DNA from: Octopus bimaculoides
Lineage: Eukaryota
Direction of reading: 5' to 3'
DNA: 64,000 nucleotides
NCBI RefSeq assembly: GCF_001194135.2
Contig: NC_068990.1
Location: 66,371,870-66,435,869, forward strand
A program made the translations under genes and the position numbers. The notes under the pieces were generated by a model. The model ran no database searches and was not told the origin of the DNA. It was given only the letters and a program-made list of their open reading frames with translations. Position 1 is the stretch's first letter. Each line of letters begins with the position of its first letter. This document shows, one piece after another, positions 13,691 through 25,575 of the stretch.

Positions 13691-14627
13691 TATATATATA
13701 TGCATATACATATATATATAAACATATATGTATACATGTACTTGTGTGTATATCTGTATATGTGTGTTTGGGATTGCGTATATGTTTAGCTTCAATGTGT
13801 ATATATGTCGATATCAATCTATCCCCAACAGTTTAGTTATCACGATATCGTGGGATAATACCTTGACGTTAATCCCACAGCAGTTATATAGACTTAAATT
13901 TCTCATGGACATATTTATTTCATTTGTATTTAACTTTTTCTGAAACTGTATTTATATGAAAGTTCAAATACAAATCACCATTTTAGCGATCCTGATCACC
14001 AATAATAATAATCCATTCTCAGATAAACAAACACAACCACTTCCTAACTGACGCATAAACGTACACACACACAAATACCTACATGCATGTGCACATATTT
14101 AAACACAGACAAGCACACATACAAACATACATATATACTTGATGCTCATCTTCTAAGTGAAATGTCTTGCAATGTATAAGATAACCGTAAGCACGCAACA
14201 TTTGGTTTCTTCGAATTTAGTTCCGTTTCTATTAATGGTTCGCCCGACATTCATGATAATCCTTAATGTGTTATTTGCCATTAATGTTTGTCCTTGTGAG
14301 CTATTTAACTTGTCCAGTAGAATAGGACGGTAATTCGGTGTTAGATTACTAGACTTGAGTGATGTGTGTTTATTGCTCGAAACTCTACGACTTCTTAGTC
14401 AAAAGTAATTGCAAGACTGAAAATAAAAGTGTTCACCGACAATGGAATCATTAAAGTAATGCTACTATAATGGGATTTAAACAGGAAAACAATGCCGTCA
14501 TTTATTATCCGTGCACCAGTTTTTCCATCAACTAGATGATAGGGTTTTGACAGTACAAACATTGTTTTCATATTTAAATATTTTGCCCCGATATTTTACA
14601 GTGTCGTTACCTACAGATCATCTAGAG

Positions 14628-14972
14628 CAGTGGTCATCCGGGGTCCATATGACCACTGACGGTCCATATAATATTGTTAAGGATTCTACGTAACAAAATA
14701 GTAAATTGGGAATCCACAATGGTATTTTAAGGGTCCCAGAAAAAAATTTGCTTTACATGTATGTTTTGGTACACATTGCGAGAAGCAGTGTGGTTTCTTT
14801 CTCTAACATTTTACATGATTCAACCTATACAAGTTAGTATTCGAGAAGCAAAATAGGAATGTTGAAAGAAGTTTCTATAAAATTAGTTTTTAAACGTCGA
14901 ATGAATATGGAGGTCCACCAGAGTAAAATAGTAATCAGAGGTCCATAGATAGAAAATTATTGAGAACCTCTC
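14628..14972. mobile_element. hAT (Charlie/Buster-type) MITE
   Basis: Begins CAGTGGT.. and ends ..TTGAGAACCTCTC (degenerate TIRs). Perfect 8-bp TSD ATCTAGAG at 14620-14627 and 14973-14980, matching the NTCTAGAN preference of Charlie/Buster elements. Non-coding. Confidence 0.85.
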
Positions 14973-15794
14973 ATCTAGAGTGAGTCTATGATCCTGAGAA
15001 CATAAAATCATCGTACCCCTTGACCGATCTTTGCATTTATTATTAATTGAATTTGCATTATTTACTGTAAACAACAACATTTGTAAATATCTCACAGTCA
15101 ATTTAAATCCGTTACAGTATAAGCAAACCATAATGTCTGAATGAATATCACCTTTACATAACTGAGCAGGAATTGAGATACACTTCTGTCATTTTCGGTG
15201 AGTAATATGTGTTAGAGTTATTGCTATTAGGTTAATGTAAGTAAAATAAATGATTTAATCGGAGTTTGAGTGAAGTTTAAATCAAATAAACAATTATATT
15301 GGTACTTGGAAATATGTGATTACATAAACTTCGAAATATTGTCATGGTTATATTAAAACAAATGGGTTATTTAACATGAAACTAGAAGCACCAGGAAGCT
15401 CCTCCGTTGCACTCCCATTCCACTCTGGTGATCACTCCGTTTGGTGACTTCGCGTCTGACTTTGCCCGACACAACATTTTCTCTAATGTTATTTCCAACA
15501 CGGAGAACTTATTTTCACTCTCTTGAACCATACAGCCATCGCTAATTCAACAATTAAACTTATTTCAACAAGCTTATCATCACTTCACAAACTTGATTGA
15601 ACACCGTATCCTGCATACCAATTCCAACCTATCGTCATAAAGCTATAAACCAATCACACACAGACCTTAATATCACGCACACACGCACACACAGGCACAC
15701 ACACACACACACATACACACAAACAAACAAACACAAACACACACACACACAGTATCTCTCATATAGTACGAATGTATCTATAAATTCTTGAAAT

Positions 15795-16677
15795 TAATAG
15801 ATAACCACTTCATTAGGTCGCGAGGATATCAACGTTGAGCTCGCTCGGTAGAAAGCCAACGTAGCGTGGATGCTACGATTTGGTCTGTGACAAATGAACA
15901 TGGACAAGAAATCGAAGGACAAGAGGAAATGTGCAAGGTCTTTCACGATCACTTTGCTGCGTTGTTCGGAGGGGGCGGAACGTTGGACCATGGGGACGTC
16001 CTACGGGATATCCTGGTCGGCGGCCCGCGTCTTTCGGTGCGATATACTGAGCGCTGTGAAGAGCCGATCACGGCTAAGGAGGTCATAGAGGTACTTTCCG
16101 AGTGCCCCGGGGACAAGTCACCGGGACTGGATAGTCTACCTTACGAATTTTATAAAAGTATGCCAGACGTGTTCGGGAACATACTTGCCAGTGTTTACGC
16201 GAACTGGCAGCAGAATTGGAGAATTCCCAATCTGTGAGCCGAGGAGTTGTAACACTGATCAGAAAGGACCAGAGCAAGGAGGATAACGTGAATAATTTCA
16301 GGCCCATAACTCTGCTAAACACAGAGTTAAAGATTTTGGCCAAGGTGTTAGCGAGGAGAATGAGGATTGTCGTTGGAGACCTGGTGGGAGAGGCGCAGAC
16401 ATTCGTTATCTCAGGAAGGACGATATTCGACAGCCTTCATCTCATTCGCTACACCATAGAGAGGGTTGGGAAAATTTCTGGCAAAAGTGGGGCACTGGTG
16501 AATTTGGACCAGTCTAAGGCATTCGATAGAACTGCTCATCGGTATCTGGCGGCGTTTCTCCGGGTGGTCGGCCTGGGCCCGACCTTCAGAGGCTGGATCG
16601 AAGCTTTGTATTATAACATCGAATCTGTTGTCCGGGTGAACAGGTCCGTCTCGATCCCTTTCGCAATTAACTGTTGA
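15795..16677 (+). mobile_element. Tx1/L1-like non-LTR retrotransposon RT fragment
   Basis: PITAKEVIEVL..DKSPGLDSLPYEFYK; one frameshift near 16230; then GVVTLIRK..NFRPITLLNTELKILAKVLARR..Q..GRTIFD..LVNLDQSKAFDR..WIEALY (RT domains 0-3). Visibly GC-richer than flanks. Confidence 0.92.
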
Positions 16678-16827
16678 CTTATTACAAGTATCACGTGAAT
16701 TTCTATTTTCTTGTTGTTATGAACAAGATGGTGGCCTCTCTCTCATACTGACTAAATTATAATGTGTCATTAAGTCTACGTTATCACTATAAAATGGATA
16801 ACCCTGAAATCACTATACTGCCATATC

Positions 16828-17034
16828 CTTTTCTACTCTAGGCACAAGGCTCGAAATTTTGGGGGAGGAGACCAGTCAATTAAATCGACCCCAGTACGCA
16901 ACAGGTACTTGATTTATCTACTACGAAAAGATGAAAGGCAAAGTCGACCTCGGCGGAATTTGAACTCAAAACGACGAAATACCGCTAAGCATTTCGCCCG
17001 GCATGCTAAAGTTTCCGCCAGCTCACCGCATGTG
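16828..17034 (-). mobile_element. SINE family B copy
   Basis: Homologous to 1186-1385. TSD ATACTG(C/T)CATATC at 16815-16827 and 17035-17047. Confidence 0.88.
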
Positions 17035-17306
17035 ATACTGTCATATCGATTATATATGTACAGCATAATGATGGAGCCATAGTCACGTAATCATTACACT
17101 TTCGAAAAAAAATATGTACAGTTACAGAGAGGATGAATTTATATATTTACGCTTAATACGGATCTCCTGACCAGACAAGGTCAATTGATTCAGGAACGGG
17201 AAGTTAATTTTAGAGGAGTACTACCGAGGAAACAATAGAGACTTACAAACACTGTCACTCACACGGGTGCGCACGGACACTTAAACACGCGGGCACACAC
17301 ACACAC

Positions 17307-17342
<36 letters not shown>

Positions 17343-17529
17343 NNNNNNNNNNNNNNNNNNNNNNNNNNNNNNNNNNNNNNNNNNNNNNNNNNNNNNNNNN
17401 NNNNNNNNNNNNNNNNNNNNNNNNNNNNNNNNNNNNNNNNCTCGTAAAATGTATATATACATACATTACATATATACACACACACATATATATATATATA
17501 TATAGATAGATATATATATACATACATCG

Positions 17530-17566
<37 letters not shown>

Positions 17567-19430
17567 ATGTGTATGAAAGGCTACTTAAGAACAAGAAACC
17601 ACCCTCATATAAAGCAATTAAGAATTAAGACGTCCTTTCTTATCCTATATTGTTTCCTTTACTACACTCTGTAGTAAATACATATGTACGATGCATACAT
17701 TTACGATACAGTATAAAATATTCAAACCGTTCCACACAAGTTAATGTAATTTTGAATGGTTTTGGGAATAAAAAACAACAATGAACTTGTGTGCTTTATA
17801 CGTCTTCAAATACAAGGTATTCAAGTAAGATTAACACCAAAATTAATGTTTTGATCAGCAAAATAATGATATACGAAACTGAATGTTGTATATAACAACC
17901 ATTATTAACGTAGCTGCTATTCTATTATGATGTACTTAAGGCTTATGATGCATCAACTGAGATACTTTTGTAGCATCCAACAATACGTATTTCCTTTCGT
18001 CGAACTTTTGTTTATTTAATTAAAACCGAGTATGAGCAGCATAAAGAATGACAGTGAAAACTACGCACTTTGTTCGCTATTTATTATACTATTGCTTACT
18101 AAATGTGCACACACTATGTTAAATATAATCCTCTGTCAAGATACGACTTTGTATATACAGATCTAACACAGCAAAGCGCAACATACATCCACAGACAACC
18201 AACCCCACTTCGCACAACACACATCCACCCCAATCCTCCCAAATTCACAGCAAGAGTTCTGAAGTAAGCTAAAATATACAGTACACAATGCAATTGTGGC
18301 CAAGTGGAAGTTCAGAAGAAACTGACTAGTTAATGCATGCTGTGCAGCTCAGTCAATGCTGCTGTGATTCAGTTAAAGCTACGGCTTTAAATCAACCCAA
18401 AGTCACCTCTCTTCGAATTTCCCATTGATAACGACAGAGCACCTAGAAACACTGCGTCTGGGAATCCGATAGAGGCAACATCGAGCATAGACGGTACTTT
18501 ACATCTTTTATCATGAGAGAGAATTNNNNNNNNNNNNNNNNNNNNNNNNNNNNNNNNNNNNNNNNNNNNNNNNNNNNNNNNNNNNNNNNNNNNNNNNNNN
18601 NNNNNNNNNNNNNNNNNNNNNNNNNNNNNNNNNNNNNNNNNNNNNNNNNNNNNNNNNNNNNNNNNNNNNNNNNNNNNNNNNNNNNNNNNNNNNNNNNNNN
18701 NNNNNNNNNNNNNNNNNNNNNNNNNNNNNNNNNNNNNNNNNNNNNNNNNNNNNNNNNNNNNNNNNNNNNNNNNNNNNNNNNNNNNNNNNNNNNNNNNNNN
18801 NNNNNNNNNNNNNNNNNNNNNNNNNNNNNNNNNNNNNNNNNNNNNNNNNNNNNNNNNNNNNNNNNNNNNNNNNNNNNNNNNNNNNNNNNNNNNNNNNNNN
18901 NNNNNNNNNNNNNNNNNNNNNNNNNNNNNNNNNNNNNNNNNNNNNNNNNNNNNNNNNNNNNNNNNNNNNNNNNNNNNNNNNNNNNNNNNNNNNNNNNNNN
19001 NNNNNNNNNNNNNNNNNNNNNNNNNNNNNNNNNNNNNNNNNNNNNNNNNNNNNNNNNNNNNNNNNNNNNNNNNNNNNNNNNNNNNNNNNNNNNNNNNNNN
19101 NNNNNNNNNNNNNNNNNNNNNNNNNNNNNNNNNNNNNNNNNNNNNNNNNNNNNNNNNNNNNNNNNNNNNNNNNNNNNNNNNNNNNNNNNNNNNNNNNNNN
19201 NNNNNNNNNNNNNNNNNNNNNNNNNNNNNNNNNNNNNNNNNNNNNNNNNNNNNNNNNNNNNNNNNNNNNNNNNNNNNNNNNNNNNNNNNNNNNNNNNNNN
19301 NNNNNNNNNNNNNNNNNNNNNNNNNNNNNNNNNNNNNNNNNNNNNNNNNNNNNNNNNNNNNNNNNNNNNNNNNNNNNNNNNNNNNNNNNNNNNNNNNNNN
19401 NNNNNNNNNNNNNNNNNNNNNNNNNNNNAT

Positions 19431-19585
19431 ATATACGACGGGCTTCTTTCAGTTTCCATCTACCAGTTCCACTCACAAGTCTTTGGTCAGTCCTAGGCTA
19501 GAGTAGCCACTTGCCCAAAGTGCCACGCAGTGAGACTGAACCCGAAACCATGTGGTTGGGTAGCCAACTTCTTACCACACAGACA
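19431..19585 (-). mobile_element. SINE family A head, next to an assembly gap
   Basis: TACGACGGGCTTCTTTCAGTTTCC..CACTTGCCCAAAGTGCCACGCAGTGAGACTGAACCCGAAACCATGTGG..CTTACCACACAG. Confidence 0.85.
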
Positions 19586-19596
19586 CAGACAGACAG

Positions 19597-19629
<33 letters not shown>

Positions 19630-19631
19630 TG

Positions 19632-19664
<33 letters not shown>

Positions 19665-19944
19665 ATGTTTATGAATATAGGCATGTGTGTATGCATGTAT
19701 GTATCTATACGCGCACCATTCATACATACATATATATGTATGTATACATACGTATTGTGTGTGTGCATGTAGATATACATACACTTACATGTGTACTTAC
19801 AGAGACATGTGTATGTTGAAAAGTAATCGAGAGACTATGAGGCAGAATGAAAACAAACTGTAAGTTCTATAACAGTGAAAGACAAATTAAGAGAGTTTGA
19901 AGCTTTTGCACATATGCACTATGTATATGTGTGTAGGTATATGC

Positions 19945-20330
19945 GCGTGAGCGTGTGCCGCTTCTTGTTCTATCTACATTTGGTTTAATATATGTTATGC
20001 TACACTTAAAGTTAGATCTTTCTAATGCGCCGTTGCAGTATGGAGCATCCTTTTTCAAAGTAGCTTTATCCACTTATAGGTTACTAATGTTATTAACTAA
20101 ATGTTTGATAATTGGTGGTAGGTGGTTAGAGCCTGTATCAAGTTAGTGGGTATCCTCCTTTGGTTCATGGTATGGTGTAAATTTGCCTGTTCTAAGATTC
20201 ACATTAATATCTGGGAAAATAACTTTTGAAAGTTTAGTGTTAATTGCTGCTATGTACATTTGGCTAAATATTTTGCATATTGTTATGCATTTTATCCACA
20301 TAGAGGATAAAATCAGATCCATTATCAACT
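19945..20330 (-). mobile_element. Penelope-like element fragment (RT thumb region), degenerate
   Basis: KVIFPDINVNLRTGKFTPYHEPKEDTH*LDTGSNHLPPIIKHL..DAPYCNGALERSNF; homologous to the 47.9-48.2k segment of the element at 45.9-48.9k (PYHKHN..SSHH..APYYNEA..SGF). Confidence 0.7.
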
Positions 20331-22554
20331 TCCTAATTCCGGCATCAAGCAGCTCATCCTCATTCTGTTTTCACCCGCCAGGAATTATTCCCTGATCTGC
20401 ATATTTATTCATCCCAATGTCACGCACAGTCACGTGTCGCTTTGTGTATACTCATCCAAGATGGAGTCGAGTACCAACGTTTCCATGTATTAGGCTTAAT
20501 AAGTCTTGAGAGATTATCACCACATGAAACCATTGGTGACTTGTTAACCCACAAATATGATATACAGACACACAAACATATACACATATATTTATATGTA
20601 TAAATATATATATAAATACATACATACTTATATACATACATATATACATATATAGATATGTATGTATGTATGTATCGGACGATCTCATTGTAGTACATAT
20701 GTATAGCAATAAACATTATCATATCCGACTGTTCTCTACTTTTGAGCGACAATTTTGAATACTGCCCATTTATACATTGTTTGTTTTATATATTTATCTG
20801 TTCACTGGAATAAACAAATATTATGATATCACATCAAATTTTAATAATAGATTGTAGCAGCTGCAGTAAAATTATCACAAGCATTCAATTATCTTATTGT
20901 ATTATATTGACCTATAATATAATACAATGTAACGTAATATAGTACACTGTAATATGATATTATATAACACAATATGACATAATATAATATAATATAATAT
21001 TATAATTGAGTGTATCGCATAACATTGTATTATATTTTATTAAGATAAATTTTAGGTCGAATCACTAATAAGATTGTATTAAGATAACGCTCTTAAACTT
21101 TATCCATCCACGCAAGCTATCAGTACATTGAGTGTCGTGTACTTAAATTCTTCTCAAAAGACAGTTTTTGATCATATGCATTTTGTTACACAACAAGGAG
21201 AATTATAAGGAAGTCACTCACTAAATAAGCACTATGCTTTAAGTTTAATACGCTTATGGGCATCCATATTAATTCCCAAAACATTACTAGGGAAGATAAT
21301 ACTTTAAAAATGTTAAACCTTAAGATGCATACATATCTTCGTACACACTTTAGTGTTAGGTTCCAGTTATATGTTTCTGCATTAATCTCTATATTGCAAT
21401 GTTATATACGGATGCTGTATTTTAAACAACTACGTTCATTATCAATTACTCACAACTGTACATAGAACTACACGTATAAATAAAGTCTAGAGATAAAAGA
21501 CATGTTTTAAAGATAAGGCACGACACAACATCTAGGCGAGTGTAACAGATAATTTGAAGCTAAGAATCTGCAATGCGTACACAATACACCTTGAGAAAAT
21601 GCACTAATGCATGGTGTTATTCGGATAAATAATGGTACACTTCATATATGTATATATACATGTGGGTGTGTGTTTATTCCTAAATAGGAAATGCAGGCTT
21701 TCTTTTTGGGATTCCAATAATGCGCATGTTTCAAGAGCAACAAGTTCCTGGGCACGTTATGATAATATTCAGCCTAATCGCAAATAGGGCTTCATTTATT
21801 TTAATATTACTTCTTCAGGAGCTGTAACTTAATATCCGCTTTCACCCTTATGTTTAGTATGTGGATGTTGAATGATGACAATATTAGCATTTACAATCTA
21901 CTCTACCTTATTTCTCTTTAAGTAGATGATGCAAAATTTTAAAGATTTTCAAGATTATCAGCAAACGCGCGATATACGTTTAAAAGTGTAATAACAGTTT
22001 CATCAAATACTCAAGCTCCTTCTACTGAAATATGTGTAGTAGTTATTCACACAATGCACAAGTCCCATATTTCGACCTGTTTGCAGTATTATCGAGACGA
22101 TGCAAGGAAATCAAGGATAACAAGAAGTAAAATTCTTCTTTAAAGTATTATGAGATTTTTTAAACATGGCGACATGCTAAAGCACCCAAATTTCAATTTG
22201 CAAGCTGATGACTCGAGAGGCATTACCATATTAATCGAAGCTGTTGACATTCATTCGATTTTACTCATGGCGATTAGTTAGTCTTTTGTTATATCTGGAG
22301 AGGGTCATTATGCCAATAATAAACACATACACTGGTTCTATTTCCCTTTATTACTATTTGTCGATTGGTTAACTACTTGGTTAACCGTTCGGTTAATCAA
22401 GCAACCATTTGAAACCACCATAAATATCACGACTTCTCTACGTCAGCTTTGATTTAGTGCTTTCTATGTATATTTTTATTTCGAAGTTCTACAGTTCCAT
22501 ATTTAAGAGATGAAGAATTATGTACATTATTTACAATTGACGGATATTTGTCCT

Positions 22555-22596
22555 CACAACGTTTCGGCTGATATACCCTCCAGCTTTCATCAGGTG
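22555..22596 (-). ncRNA. Minimal type I hammerhead ribozyme-like motif (dimer type)
   Basis: CAC-CTGATGA-AA-GCTG(GAGGGTATAT)CAGC-C-GAAA-CGTT-GTG. Intact core, 4-bp stem II, loopless palindromic stem III (AACGTT), 3-bp stem I. Confidence 0.6.
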
Positions 22597-22681
22597 TTTT
22601 CAGGAAATTTCGACCTGGGTTCTCATTCCTAAGGTATTTTTCGATGTTGTTATTGTTTATTATTATTATTATTATTATTCA

Positions 22682-22756
22682 GGTCACTCTGCCTGGAATC
22701 GAACTCGGAACCTTGGGGCTAGTAGTCAGCGCTCTTAACCACTACGCTCTATGCCC
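22682..22756 (-). promoter_or_regulatory. tRNA-derived segment with Pol III A and B boxes inside the Penelope 3' region
   Basis: Minus GGGCATAGAGCGTAGTGGTTAAGAGCGCTGACTACTAGCCCCAAGGTTCCGAGTTCGATTCCAGGCAGAGTGACC. A box AGCGTAGTGG (22739-22748), B box GAGTTCGATTCC (22695-22706). Acceptor and anticodon stems do not pair, so it is not a functional tRNA. Confidence 0.75.
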
Positions 22757-24059
22757 GTGGGCAATTACGGAGTAAATTTTAGGGCTTATAAATCTAATAT
22801 TCTCCTATACTTCGTCGGTTCCCATATGCTGTTCATATCTGCACTCGGTCTGCTTAGAAGGTTGTTGTGTCCTAGCATATGTGCTGCTTCTTTTAGTTTT
22901 CGTATTTTCCAGTGGTGTTCTCTGTCTATTATTTTAACTTCATCCCACAGGGGGAGGTGGTCTCCATTTTTCCATGCATGATCAGCTATACCCGATTTAT
23001 CAATATCTCCTCATGTCACAGCTTTGCGATGTTCGTCTACCCTTATTTTGAGGGGTACGCATGTTTCGCCTTTATATAACCTACCACAGCTGCATGGAAT
23101 GGAGTACACGCAGTTCTTAGTCATATTCTCTTCTATTGGTGGTTTTACTTGAAGGACATATTTGCGACGTGTTGTATTACTTTTAAATACTGTCCTGATG
23201 TCATATGGGCCGCATATCTTTTGTATCTTTTCGGAGAGGCCTTTCACATAGGGTAGATAGACTGTGGACAGGTATCGGTTTCCTCCTCTCTTTTCTTCAT
23301 AATTGCAGTGGAGAGTATGCTTTTAGGGTAGTTGTTGCTTAATAGATTGTTACTGAGCTCGATCATTTCTTCATGGTGGGTATCACGATCGTTACCCAAA
23401 TTCATTGCTCGATGTTTTAGGCACTGGGCAATCCCTCTCTTTACATTGTATGGATGGTGGCAGTTGAAGTTGAGGTATCGTCCAGTGAAGGTCAGCTTGC
23501 AGTATACGGATGTCCTGAATCCATACTTGGTGCGTGTCATTAATACGTCCAGGAATGCTAACTGGTTGTCATTTTCTTTTTCCATTGTGAACTGTATGGA
23601 TGGCTTTATTGAGTTTACATGATCTAACAGCACTTGGACATCTTCCTGGTGGGGCCAGAGTATGAAGGCGTCATCAACATAATTGCAACCATTGGGTTGG
23701 TTTAGTGGTGTTGATCCTAAAGACAAATTCTCAAAGTATTCTATGTATATATTGGCTATTATCGGTGATAATAGCCAATATATACATGGTTTAGCCATGG
23801 GTTCGCCATTATATATTTATGTAGTTATAAGGATGTAAATGGGGAGGTATGTGAGAAAAGGAGACTCTGTGTAGTTATGTGTGTGTATGCACGTGTGTGT
23901 GAGTGCAAATCATGAATATGTGTACTCTGGTGTGTGTGTGTATGTGTACATGTCTCTACGTGCGTGCGCGTGTGTGTGTGTGGACGTCTGAATGTGTGTG
24001 TGTGTAAGTTCACGAATGCGCGTTTTTGTGGTAAAGTTAATTTTGGGTGTAAGTCACAT

Positions 24060-24910
24060 GTTTATTGCAAAAGGATATCAAGAATTTTAATAGCGAAGAG
24101 ATCTTCTTATTAATATGTAATCGAAATATTTTATTCTATTACCAAAACATTGAAGAATCGTTCGTTGGAGAAATTTTGTGAAGATAAGATTCATGGCAGA
24201 GATAGTTTTACAATAGCTAACTGTGATAAGGTTAGAGTAATCTGCTCGCTGTAGGATCTCTGAAATCTGTACTATGATTTCAAGAATTAAAAATACTTAT
24301 ATCATCAATGTGAATTTTGGATTTAAACCCTACGATATTTAAAAAGCATATTTCAGCACCTTCATGTACTGAACAGTGAACATGAATATTGTAGTTAAAA
24401 ATAAATATATCCTCAAATCAACGTAGGAATTTGGAATGGAAAATATTAGAGATGGTCGTATTTCTTTTAATCATCAAATCAACTACAAGGAAAAGACTTC
24501 TATCATATTTGAGTATTTGACTAATGTTGAAGAGAAATTGAGGCTTAATTTCCCATTATTAAACATAAAACAATATGATTAGATTCGAAATCATTTCTTC
24601 CGGGGAAATTCCAACTGATGTCGGTTTGAAGTTATATGAAGAAGAAGATTTGGCTTCTGCATCAGAATTGGAGTTTTAAAATCAAATACGAGAGGTTGTA
24701 TTATGAAAAGATTTGGCGTTCCATCAGAGAAAAATAAACTTTGGTATCGGGAAACAAGAGCTTTGTGTATTTTCATTCACTTTTCAACATAATATTTATG
24801 TGAATTAGGAATTTTTTCACTGACCAAACTTGAATGCAAAGAGACACAGAAAAAGTCTATTGAACGCAGTAAGGAAGAAATGAGAGGCAGTTTATCGTAC
24901 ATTTAAAGAA
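24060..24910 (+). mobile_element. hAT (Buster/Charlie/ZBED-type) transposase fossil, C-terminal half
   Basis: IIFEYLTNVEEKLRLNFPLLNIKQYD*IRNHF (cf. YDWIRNPF), KIWRSIREK, and FST*YLCELGIFSLT...EEMRGSLS (hAT dimerisation-domain motif FSTTYLCExGFS). Multiple stops and frameshifts. Confidence 0.75.
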
Positions 24911-25133
24911 AAAAAATCACCAAAGAACAGCAAGTATATTTTATCTCAAGCGTGATTTAAAAAAATAAAGAAGACATAGTAAGCCATATTTTTTCCTATG
25001 ATTTTCTAAGTTTTTAGCATTAAAAGATAATATTTTATCTTTGCATTTAAAGTACGTAAGGAATTTCTATTTAATATCCTGTGTAATAAAAAAGACAGAC
25101 AGCTACTTTTATATATATAAACACACACACACC

Positions 25134-25191
<58 letters not shown>

Positions 25192-25538
25192 NNNNNNNNN
25201 NNNNNNNNNNNNNNNNNNNNNNNNNNNNNNNNNNNNNNNNNNNNNNNNNNNNNNNNNNNNNNNNNNNNNNNNNNNNNNNNNNNNNNNNNNNNNNNNNNNN
25301 NNNNNNNNNNNNNNNNNNNNNNNNNNNNNNNNNNNNNNNNNNNNNNNNNNNNNNNNNNNNNNNNNNNNNNNNNNNNNNNNNNNNNNNNNNNNNNNNNNNN
25401 NNNNNNNNNNNNNNNNNNNNNNNNNNNNNNNNNNNNNNNNNNNNNNNNNNNNNNNNNNNNNNNNNNNNNNNNNNNNNNNNNNNNNNNNNNNNNNNNNNNN
25501 NNNNNNNNNNNNNNNNNNNNNNNNNNNNNNNNNNNNNN

Positions 25539-25575
<37 letters not shown>

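Larger units (their letters stand above)
22490..23812 (-). mobile_element. Penelope-like retroelement (Penelope/Poseidon type), 5'-truncated: RT + GIY-YIG + 3' pseudo-LTR region
   Basis: LSPIIANIYIEYFE..YVDDAF..FTMEKE..LAFLDV..TGRYLNFNCHHP; GIY-YIG CVYSIPCSCGRLYKGET..RVDEHRK; after one stop, KSGIADHAW..WDEVKIIDRE..RKLKEA; stop at 22786-22788. Confidence 0.93.

Noticed and set aside
14883-15131. 82-aa ORF as a host exon
   Set aside because: Its 3' part lies inside the hAT MITE and no domain is recognisable.
18443-19496. Long 320-350 aa ORFs here, at 58.3-59.5k, and at other gaps
   Set aside because: They span N runs, so their length is an artefact of unknown bases.
22682-22756. Functional tRNA gene
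   Set aside because: A and B boxes are present but the acceptor and anticodon stems do not pair; it is tRNA-derived only.
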